NCBI GenBank assembly: GCA_029555085.1
Contig: JAKPTO010000028.1
Span: 1-17,146 of the forward strand
From: a bacterium
Lineage (GTDB): Bacteria > Patescibacteriota > Patescibacteriia > UBA1558 > S5-K13
Direction: 5' to 3'
Length of the DNA stretch: 17,146 bases
Part shown: piece after piece, positions 8,616 to 15,281 of the stretch
Layout: every line of letters begins with the position of its first letter
Position numbering within the stretch: the stretch's first letter is position 1
The notes under the pieces: generated by a model
What the model was told of the DNA's origin: nothing
Databases searched by the model: none
Seen by the model: the letters and a program-made list of their open reading frames with translations, nothing else
Made by a program: the position numbers and the translations under genes

Positions 8616-8646
8616 CAACCTTCGAGGTTGCCAACCTTCGAGGTTG
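8616..8646. repeat. Tandem pair of a 15-bp palindromic unit (REP-like)
   Basis: CAACCTTCGAGGTTG occurs exactly at 8616-8630 and 8632-8646. Each unit is CAACCT-TCG-AGGTTG. Confidence 0.9.
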
Positions 8647-8652
8647 GGACTT

Positions 8653-8976
8653 TTATTTTATTAACCAATTAAATATAGATAATACTATTGCAAATAAAAT
8701 TGCATACCAGAAATTTGTAATTTCAAATCCCGGAATCAGTTTTGTAGCAATGAAAACCATAAATCCATTTATAACAAGAGTAAAAAGTCCGAGGGTTATT
8801 ATATTTATAGGAAGTGTTAAAAAAACTAAAATTGGTTTTATTATTGCATTTAATATTCCTAAAACAAGAGCAACTAAAACTGCTGTTATAAAATTTGTGA
8901 CTTTTACCCCCCTTATTATATATGGAAGTATTAATATAAATAGAGAAGTAAAAAGCCATTTGAGAAGCATTTGCAT
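8653..8976 (-). CDS. YvlD/DUF360-like 4-TM membrane protein (Phage_holin_4_2 family)
   Basis: Signature ALVLGILNAIIKPILVFLTLPINIITLGLFTLVING...IPGFEI..FW.AILFAIVLS. Confidence 0.92.
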   Translation of the reverse strand: MQMLLKWLFTSLFILILPYIIRGVKVTNFITAVLVALVLGILNAIIKPILVFLTLPINIITLGLFTLVINGFMVFIATKLIPGFEITNFWYAILFAIVLSIFNWLIK

Positions 8977-9004
8977 ATATTTTATTAAATTATTAGATAT
9001 TTAT

Positions 9005-9033
9005 ATTATAGCATCCACATTTGTAGTTGACAA
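9005..9033 (-). promoter_or_regulatory. Sigma70-type promoter for the minus-strand operon
   Basis: On the minus strand TTGTCA (9033-9028), 17-bp spacer, TATAAT (9010-9005) with extended -10 TG. Confidence 0.65.
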
Positions 9034-9074
9034 AAATTAGTATATTGTTCTCTTTTTGTTTTTTGATGTAGGAC

Positions 9075-9103
9075 TTGATTTTTTATCAAAAATATATTAT
9101 ATT
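9075..9103 (+). promoter_or_regulatory. Promoter for tRNA-Glu, possibly also rpsO-pnp
   Basis: TTGATT (9075-9080), 17-bp spacer, TATATT (9098-9103). Confidence 0.5.
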
Positions 9104-9125
9104 TACCTTACTTTTTTATGTTTTT

Positions 9126-9200
9126 GCCGTTATCGTCTAGTGGTTAGGACACCAGGTTTTCATCCTGGTAACCGGGGTTCGATTCCCCGTAACGGTACCA
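9126..9200 (+). tRNA. tRNA-Glu (anticodon TTC)
   Basis: Acceptor GCCGTTA/TAACGGT, D arm GTC-TAGTGGTTAG-GAC, anticodon arm CCAGG-TTTTCAT-CCTGG, T arm CGGGG-TTCGATT-CCCCG and an encoded ACCA end; 75 nt. Confidence 0.97.
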
Positions 9201-9270
9201 CATAGCAAATTCGAAATATGAATTTTGAATTTTAAAACCAATATACGAAAATTTATAATTTAAAATTAAA

Positions 9271-9319
9271 TTGCGTTTACTTGGTAAAATGTTTTGTCCA
9301 ACATTTACTAGGTATGCGA
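9271..9319 (+). promoter_or_regulatory. Structured rpsO leader, candidate S15 autoregulatory element
   Basis: 20-bp hairpin (9271-9293 with 9300-9319) containing four G-U pairs and two small bulges, directly before the SD-like GAAAGGA and ATG 9336. Confidence 0.55.
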
Positions 9320-9335
9320 AAGAAAGGAAAAGATT

Positions 9336-9707
9336 ATGTTAGATAAACAAAAAAAGGACGAGATAATTAAGAAGTTTAAAACTCACAAAAACGATACTGG
9401 TTCTCCAGAAGTACAAATTGCAATTTTAACAGAAGAGGTGAAGGAGTTAACAGAACACTTAAAGCTTCACAAAAAAGATTTTTCATCTCGCAGAGGCTTG
9501 ATTAAAAAATTAAATCAAAGAAGAAGATTACTCAGATACCTAGAAAGAGAGAATCAAGAGAGTTTTCAAAAATTAGCAAAAAAATTAGACATCAAAATAA
9601 CAAAAGCCACAGACATTATCGAGGAGTCAGAAAAGAAAATGGAGGAAGATGTTGAGAAAGAGTTAGAAGAAGAGAGCGAGGAGGAAGCAGAGCAAGGGGA
9701 TGAATAA
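9336..9707 (+). CDS. rpsO: 30S ribosomal protein S15 with an acidic C-terminal extension
   Basis: [13 protein letters not shown]...[15 protein letters not shown]...RRRLLRYL, located upstream of pnp. Confidence 0.98.
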   Translation: MLDKQKKDEIIKKFKTHKNDTGSPEVQIAILTEEVKELTEHLKLHKKDFSSRRGLIKKLNQRRRLLRYLERENQESFQKLAKKLDIKITKATDIIEESEKKMEEDVEKELEEESEEEAEQGDE

Positions 9708-9760
9708 TCAATCCTGGTTTTTGCTTCTATAAAAAATTAAAAAATAATAGAAAAAATAAA

Positions 9761-12004
9761 ATGATAAGTCATAAAATTTTTAAAATAGAATTCGCAGGAA
9801 GAGAACTTTCTGTAGAGGTTGGTAAATATGCAGAGCAAGCAACAGCAAGTTGCTTGATAACATATGGTGGAACATCAGCTCTTGTAACTGTTGTTCAGGG
9901 CGATATAAGAGAGGGGATTGATTTTTTCCCGCTAGTTGTTGATTACGATGAAAAAATGTATGCAGCAGGAAAAATCAAAGGTTCAAAGTGGGTAAAAAGA
10001 GAAGGGAGACCCACGGACGAAGCTGTTTTAATAGGAAGATTAATAGATAGATCAATAAGACCACTTTTTAATGATAAGGCGAGAAGAGATGTTCAAGTTG
10101 TTTCAACAATTTTAGAATATGATGGAGAAAATGACCCAGCATTTGTATCTTTAATGGGGGTATCAATTGCGCTTTCAATTTCACCAATTGAATGGGATGG
10201 TCCGGTTGCTGGTTTTTTTGTTGGTCAAATTAATGGAGAAATGGTTTTAAATCCAACTCAAACTGCCCGTGATAAAAGTGATTTTGAAATTTTTGTAACA
10301 ACCACTCCATATGGAGTTGATATGATAGAGGCAAGATGCAAAGAAGTTAATAACGAAACAATTTATAATTCAATTGAATTTGCGGTAAAACATGGTAAAA
10401 AATTAATGAATTTTATTGAAGATATAACAAAACAAATTGGTCAGGAAAAAATTTCTTCAATTCCAGTATTATCAGAAGAAGAGCAAGAAGCCATTGAGTT
10501 TATAAATAAAAAAGTTGATGAATTTTTTGCCGGAGTTGATGTTTATAAAGTTTTTGTTACAGACAAGGTTGAAACAGAAGCGAATATTAAAAAACTAGTT
10601 GAAGATTTAAATCAGGTATTAAAAGATGATAATGAAGTTTCAAAAGAATTACGCTCAAAAGGAATCGCATTATTTAATGAGAAATTAGATGAAAAAGCGA
10701 GAGAAATGATTCTGAAAGAAAACAGACGCCCAGATGGAAGAAAAATGGATGAAGTTAGGGAAATCAGTTGCGAGGTTGGAATTTTTGAAAGAACCCACGG
10801 AACAGGATTATTCAAAAGAGGAAATACTCAAGTGTTATCAGTTGTAACTCTTGGCGCTCCCGGAGAAGAACAAATGATTGATGGAATGGAAGTCGAAGGA
10901 ACAAAAAGATATATGCATCACTACAATTTTCCAGGATTTTCCGTTGGTCAAATTTCTACAAACAAATCAACATCAAGAAGAGAAATAGGTCATGGAGCGC
11001 TTGCGGAAAATGCTCTTATTCCAGTTATACCAAGTAAAGAAGAATTTCCATATACAATTAGAGTTGTGTCAGAAGTTTTATCTTCAAATGGTTCTTCATC
11101 GCAGGCTTCAACTTGTGGTTCAACACTTGCCCTCATGGATGCTGGAGTTCCAATTAAACGTCCAGTTGCTGGAATTGCAATGGGGCTTATTACATCCGAA
11201 GACAAAAAAGATTATGTAATTTTAACAGACATTCAAGGCGTTGAAGATCATAGTGGTGATATGGATTTCAAAGTTGCCGGAACGGAAGTTGGTATTACAG
11301 CAATTCAACTTGATATTAAATCAAATGGAATTAGTTTGGAAATATGTCGCGAGACACTTGATAGAGCAAAGAAGGCAAGATTAGAGATTTTAGAAAAAAT
11401 GCAAAAAGTAATTGCAGAACCTAGAAAAGAATTGTCTCCATTTGCGCCAAAAATTATTACCCTCACAATTGATCCAGAACAAATAAGAGAAGTTATTGGT
11501 CAGGGTGGAAAAACAATAAATAAAATTATAGAAATGTTTGGTGTAGAAATTGATATAGATCAAACAGGATTAGTTTTTGTAACATCTCCTAATCAAGAAA
11601 ATGGAGACAAGGCAATTGAATATATAAAAGGACTATTGAAAAAAGTTGAACCAGGTGAAATTTATGAAGGTATTGTTACAAGAATAATTCCAGATCAAAA
11701 TGGCGGAGAAATTGGTGCTATTGTGGAGTTTTTGCCTGGAAAAGATGGAATGGTTCACATTTCAGAAATTAAATATGATAGAATTAATAAAATTTCTGAT
11801 ATTTTAAATATTGGCGATAGTGTAAAAGTGAAGGTAATGGAAGTTGACGAAGAAAGAGGAAGAATATCACTTTCTATAAAAGCTTTACTTCCTAAACCAG
11901 AGGGTTGGGAAGAAAGACCTCAAAGATCATTTAAATCACAAGGCGGTAACCCAAGATTTCAAAAAACATCAGGACCAAGAAGAAAATTTCATAAAAAATA
12001 TTAA
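9761..12004 (+). CDS. pnp: Polyribonucleotide nucleotidyltransferase (PNPase)
   Basis: RLIDRSIRPLF, RREIGHG, SNGSSS, GDMDFKVAG, KH domain (IGQGGKTI) and S1 domain (DGMVHISEI); conserved rpsO-pnp order. Confidence 0.98.
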   Translation: MISHKIFKIEFAGRELSVEVGKYAEQATASCLITYGGTSALVTVVQGDIREGIDFFPLVVDYDEKMYAAGKIKGSKWVKREGRPTDEAVLIGRLIDRSIRPLFNDKARRDVQVVSTILEYDGENDPAFVSLMGVSIALSISPIEWDGPVAGFFVGQINGEMVLNPTQTARDKSDFEIFVTTTPYGVDMIEARCKEVNNETIYNSIEFAVKHGKKLMNFIEDITKQIGQEKISSIPVLSEEEQEAIEFINKKVDEFFAGVDVYKVFVTDKVETEANIKKLVEDLNQVLKDDNEVSKELRSKGIALFNEKLDEKAREMILKENRRPDGRKMDEVREISCEVGIFERTHGTGLFKRGNTQVLSVVTLGAPGEEQMIDGMEVEGTKRYMHHYNFPGFSVGQISTNKSTSRREIGHGALAENALIPVIPSKEEFPYTIRVVSEVLSSNGSSSQASTCGSTLALMDAGVPIKRPVAGIAMGLITSEDKKDYVILTDIQGVEDHSGDMDFKVAGTEVGITAIQLDIKSNGISLEICRETLDRAKKARLEILEKMQKVIAEPRKELSPFAPKIITLTIDPEQIREVIGQGGKTINKIIEMFGVEIDIDQTGLVFVTSPNQENGDKAIEYIKGLLKKVEPGEIYEGIVTRIIPDQNGGEIGAIVEFLPGKDGMVHISEIKYDRINKISDILNIGDSVKVKVMEVDEERGRISLSIKALLPKPEGWEERPQRSFKSQGGNPRFQKTSGPRRKFHKKY

Positions 12005-12015
12005 AAAGTTTTGTG

Positions 12016-13488
12016 ATGGAAAAGTTTCATCCGAAATTTCATTGGCAGTTAGAAAAAAAAACAGAGAGCAGGAAAAAACTACTCATAATCTTTCTTGTTC
12101 TTTGTTTTATTTTTGGAATATTTTTTATAATAAAAAAAACTTTTTTTGTTCCAGAAAAAAATATAGCGCTAGAATTTTTATCTCCCAATAGTTCAAAAAT
12201 TATTTTTAGTACAAATAAGGCCGATTCGTTATTTAAAAAGTTGGGTCAGAATAAAATAGTTTCATATATTGAAAAATATACAGATGGAAGTAATTTTAGG
12301 GCTGGTAATATTTTATCTAAGTTAAGTAGAGAACTTGTTTGGGCGGAAAATGATAACAATTCACAGATTCTTTTGATAAAAACAAAAAGTTCAACATTTT
12401 TGCAGAGCGATATTTTAGGTTCTAGAAAAATAAAGGAAGAGAACTATAATGGAAAAAAACTTTATTCGTCAGATTTTTATTTTGAAAGCGAGAATTTATT
12501 CACAAAAAAAGATAAAATTTATTTTGCAAGATTGAATGAATATATATTTTGCATCTCAAATGATAAAGATTTTTTATATGAAACTATTGATAAGTATAAT
12601 TATTTTGAAAAAAATAAATTTAAAAACATAACAACAATAAGACATTTTGGAGATAAATCGGTTTTAAATATAAGTATATCAGATTATGATCTTTCCAAGA
12701 GTAATAGTTTTGTAAAAAATTTATCATTTTTAAATAATGTTTTATCTAGCAATACTGGAAATGTGGAAATAGATTTTTCTTTAAATTATGCGGATCTATT
12801 TATATCTTCAAATAAAAATTTTGATAAGAATAAAATTTCTGAAACAATGAAATATTATTTTATACCAGATTTAAATAATAATTATTTTTATTATAAAAAT
12901 TTTTCAAACACAATTAATTATTCAGAAAAAAATTTATTAAATTATGTTTCTGATTTTATAAATACAAATGTTGGGATAAAAGACGAAATTATTAATACAC
13001 AAAATTTGGGATTAATGATTTATAAAAATGGAAATTTCTTGATCGAAAGCGAGGACTATGAAAGCATCTCAAATGTTTTTAAAAAATTATTGTCAGTTTA
13101 TTTTCCAGGAACAAGAAGAATGAGTTTGCCAGATGGCACTGTTTCAGTAGAGTATTTTGCAGATCCAGGAAATGTAGAATTAAAGGAATTAACTGATAAA
13201 GATTTTGTTTGGTATTATGCTGATACGCCAGAAAAATCAAATTATGAGATGTTAAAATGTAATGATTTATTTTTTGTGTCCAGCGATAAACAAAAAATTA
13301 TAAATTATTGTACGAATAGAGATAAATTATCAATGTTTTTTACTCGCAAACAAGAAAATATAAAAGAAGTAATGTATATAGATGTTTCAAATAAATCAAA
13401 TTTTCCAATTTTGGGCTCAGTGAAAAATATTTTTGCTATAAATTTTGATGACGAGAATCGGGTTTTATTTTTCAGATTTTTTTATTGA
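12016..13488 (+). CDS. Hypothetical membrane-anchored protein
   Basis: About 490 aa with one N-terminal TM (LLIIFLVLCFIFGIFFII) after a basic patch. It starts 11 nt after pnp (GTG 12013 is an alternative start). No function recognised. Confidence 0.75.
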   Translation: MEKFHPKFHWQLEKKTESRKKLLIIFLVLCFIFGIFFIIKKTFFVPEKNIALEFLSPNSSKIIFSTNKADSLFKKLGQNKIVSYIEKYTDGSNFRAGNILSKLSRELVWAENDNNSQILLIKTKSSTFLQSDILGSRKIKEENYNGKKLYSSDFYFESENLFTKKDKIYFARLNEYIFCISNDKDFLYETIDKYNYFEKNKFKNITTIRHFGDKSVLNISISDYDLSKSNSFVKNLSFLNNVLSSNTGNVEIDFSLNYADLFISSNKNFDKNKISETMKYYFIPDLNNNYFYYKNFSNTINYSEKNLLNYVSDFINTNVGIKDEIINTQNLGLMIYKNGNFLIESEDYESISNVFKKLLSVYFPGTRRMSLPDGTVSVEYFADPGNVELKELTDKDFVWYYADTPEKSNYEMLKCNDLFFVSSDKQKIINYCTNRDKLSMFFTRKQENIKEVMYIDVSNKSNFPILGSVKNIFAINFDDENRVLFFRFFY

Positions 13489-13500
13489 TAATCTTTGAGC

Positions 13501-13529
13501 TTGATTTTTATTTTTAAATATGATATAAT
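13501..13529 (+). promoter_or_regulatory. Near-consensus sigma70 promoter with no credible downstream CDS
   Basis: TTGATT (13501-13506), 17-bp spacer, TATAAT (13524-13529) with extended -10 TG (13521-13522). Confidence 0.65.
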
Positions 13530-13535
13530 ATTATT

Positions 13536-13926
13536 ATAGATGAGAAAATATGCTGATTTACACCTATTTTCCCTACAATTTAAAAAATTTTGGTGATATA
13601 GTAGCCAAAAACAAAAATAAAAAATCATTCCTTTAAAAAGAGGTTTGATAAAAAATAAAAACAAAAGTTATCTCCCATAAAAAGAGAGAGATGACAAATA
13701 AAAATAGAGTAGGGTAAAGCAGTATATGAGAATTTGTGAGAAATGCTCTCGCAGGTTTCAAAATAACGATTTTATCAAATTATTTATGGTAATTTGATGG
13801 CCGTTTGAAGCTTGGGGAGTGGAACCTCCCTACGGCGAAAACAAAATATAAAATGGCCGTTTTAAGGGAGGTTTTCCCTTTTATAAAGCCAATTTACATA
13901 TATAAAAAGATCATCGCGGTCTTTTT
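13536..13926 (+). ncRNA. Candidate ~390-nt structured ncRNA of unknown family
   Basis: Flanked by a promoter and a terminator. A ~21-bp helix (13548-13570/13706-13727) encloses three hairpins and four more follow. It has many G-U pairs on the + strand and A-rich linkers. Confidence 0.6.
13904..13926 (+). terminator. Terminator-like hairpin closing the candidate ncRNA
   Basis: AAAAAGATC-ATCGC-GGTCTTTTT; the T-G pair works only on the + strand. Confidence 0.55.
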
Positions 13927-13936
13927 AATTTTGAAT

Positions 13937-13962
13937 AAAAAAGGAAGAGCCGAAGCTCTTCC
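13937..13962 (-). terminator. Intrinsic terminator of the 79-aa ORF
   Basis: On the minus strand GGAAGAGC-TTCG-GCTCTTCC-TTTTTT, 4 nt after the stop. Confidence 0.9.
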
Positions 13963-13966
13963 AATG

Positions 13967-14206
13967 TTATATTTTGAAACATTTTTTGATAATTTCGTCG
14001 ATTTGTTGTTTATCGACGATCTGTTCTTCTTCTGTGATTTTCGGTTTCCCGTTAATCATTTCAACTGTATAGAGAGTTATCTCTGAAAAGTTGAAGTTTG
14101 CCACGGGGATAATACACATGTCTTCATTTGTCTTTGTTGGATTTCCCACAAAGTCGTTGTGAGTAACCGCTCTTGAAATAAGTTCGGTGGCTTTTTGGTG
14201 TAGCAT
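13967..14206 (-). CDS. Small hypothetical protein (79 aa)
   Basis: ATG start, strong SD AGGGAGG (14217-14211) and its own UUCG-loop terminator. Confidence 0.75.
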   Translation of the reverse strand: MLHQKATELISRAVTHNDFVGNPTKTNEDMCIIPVANFNFSEITLYTVEMINGKPKITEEEQIVDKQQIDEIIKKCFKI

Positions 14207-14257
14207 TTTTCCTCCCTATTTTTTGTTATCGTGCTTTGAAGTATGTTATATTGATTA

Positions 14258-15013
14258 TTAAAATAAGTCAATGCCTATTGGCGCATGATCAGAGCCCATT
14301 ACTTTATCTAATATATATGCATTTTTAATATTTTTTATAAATTTTTTTGATACACAGAAATAATCAATGCGCCATCCGACATTTCTTACCCTTGCTCCAG
14401 CTCTGAAACTCCACCAAGAATATTGAATTTTTTTAGGATTTAAATATCTGAAAGTATCAATAAATCCGTTTTTTAAGAATTTAGTCATCCAATTTCTTTC
14501 TTCATGTGTAAAACCAGAAAGGCCCTCATTTTCTTTTGGGCGAGCAATATCAATTTCTTGATGCGCTACATTATAATCTCCACAAACAACTACTGATTTT
14601 TTCTTGTCTAGGGTTTTTATATGAGATAATAATTTATCATTGAATTTTATTTTATAATCGAGTCGTGATAGGTCATCTTTTGAATTTGGAAAATATACAT
14701 TTACTAAAAAAAATTTTTTCATTTCTAATATTTGTACTCGTCCTTCATCATGAGTATAAATTTTTTTTGAAACAACTTGATCTTCTAAGGAATTTTTTAT
14801 AAGCATCATTGTCCCGCTGTATCCGGGACGCTTTGCGCTATTCCAAAATTCATCATAGTCAAGGAAATCGAACTCTTCTTTATTTCGTGCATTGTCATCA
14901 ATTTTTATTTCTTGTAAACACAAAATATCAGGATTTTCTTTTTTTAGAAACTCTAAAAATCCTTTTTTAATTACAGCTCTAATTCCGTTTATGTTCCAAG
15001 AAATTATTTTCAT
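14258..15013 (-). CDS. xth: Exodeoxyribonuclease III / AP endonuclease (ExoA/Xth family)
   Basis: SWNINGIRA, LQEIK, GYSG, YFPN, GDYNVAH, YSWWSFR, GWRIDYF and SDHAP. Confidence 0.97.
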   Translation of the reverse strand: MKIISWNINGIRAVIKKGFLEFLKKENPDILCLQEIKIDDNARNKEEFDFLDYDEFWNSAKRPGYSGTMMLIKNSLEDQVVSKKIYTHDEGRVQILEMKKFFLVNVYFPNSKDDLSRLDYKIKFNDKLLSHIKTLDKKKSVVVCGDYNVAHQEIDIARPKENEGLSGFTHEERNWMTKFLKNGFIDTFRYLNPKKIQYSWWSFRAGARVRNVGWRIDYFCVSKKFIKNIKNAYILDKVMGSDHAPIGIDLF

Positions 15014-15019
15014 GAATTA

Positions 15020-15028
15020 ATTATAGCA
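15020..15028 (-). promoter_or_regulatory. Extended -10 promoter for xth, probably leaderless
   Basis: Minus-strand TGCTATAAT ends 6 nt before the ATG at 15013; no SD. Confidence 0.6.
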
Positions 15029-15035
15029 CATTTTA

Positions 15036-15064
15036 TTGTAAAATTTTTATAAAAGCGCTATACT
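15036..15064 (+). promoter_or_regulatory. Sigma70-type promoter divergent from xth
   Basis: TTGTAA (15036-15041), 17-bp spacer, TATACT (15059-15064). Confidence 0.55.
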
Positions 15065-15069
15065 ATAAG

Positions 15070-15192
15070 TAGTTAATAATACTCAGCGTTAATGAACTTG
15101 CTCACAATGAGCAACGAGTGTGAAAAAGAGTAAAGAGTAATTTTAACTAACAATCAAGGGGTGTGATGGAATAATTCCGTCCACCCATTTTT
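15070..15192 (+). ncRNA. Candidate ~120-nt small RNA
   Basis: Closing stems TAGTTAA/TTAACTA and TACTC/GAGTA, inner hairpin TTGCTCA-CAA-TGAGCAA, then a GC-rich terminator (15159-15186) with a T tract. Confidence 0.5.
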
Positions 15193-15196
15193 CTAT

Positions 15197-15228
15197 AAAA
15201 AATCAGTTCCTAAATAGGAACTGATTTT
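15197..15228 (-). terminator. Terminator of the CAP-domain gene, possibly bidirectional
   Basis: Perfect stem AAAATCAGTTCCT-AAAT-AGGAACTGATTTT with A and T tracts on both sides. Confidence 0.8.
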
Positions 15229-15281
15229 GTTTTATATAATATTGATTATTTTATATTTTTTCTGACTGTGTATATGCTATT

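Noticed and set aside
8653-8976. Holin annotation as evidence of a prophage
   Set aside because: The YvlD/DUF360 family is common in chromosomes, and no phage genes or integrase lie near the tRNA.
8723-9040. ORFs 8723-8959 (-) and 8750-9040 (+)
   Set aside because: Alternative-frame and antisense shadows of the YvlD-like gene.
10612-11219. Three short ORFs inside pnp
   Set aside because: Fully nested in a highly conserved gene; shadow frames.
13480-13491. TGA recoding (genetic code 25)
   Set aside because: All long conserved genes are intact under code 11 with no internal TGA; only one gene ends TGA-TAA.
13482-13664. 60-aa minus-strand ORF
   Set aside because: TTG start, F/L-rich as expected from reading poly-A linkers backwards, and no SD. 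It cannot be fully excluded as a small hydrophobic peptide.
13536-13926. Assignment to tmRNA, RNase P, SRP, group I intron or a hammerhead/HDV ribozyme
   Set aside because: Diagnostic motifs were not found by eye (no TTCGA-CCA end, GAGGAAAGTCC or CTGANGA core). GATATAGT at 13595 is only a partial group I S-like word.
13805-14086. 93-aa + strand ORF
   Set aside because: TTG start without SD; it runs through two terminators and overlaps the better-supported minus-strand gene.
14077-14271. 64-aa minus-strand ORF
   Set aside because: Overlaps the 79-aa ORF, which has the SD and terminator.
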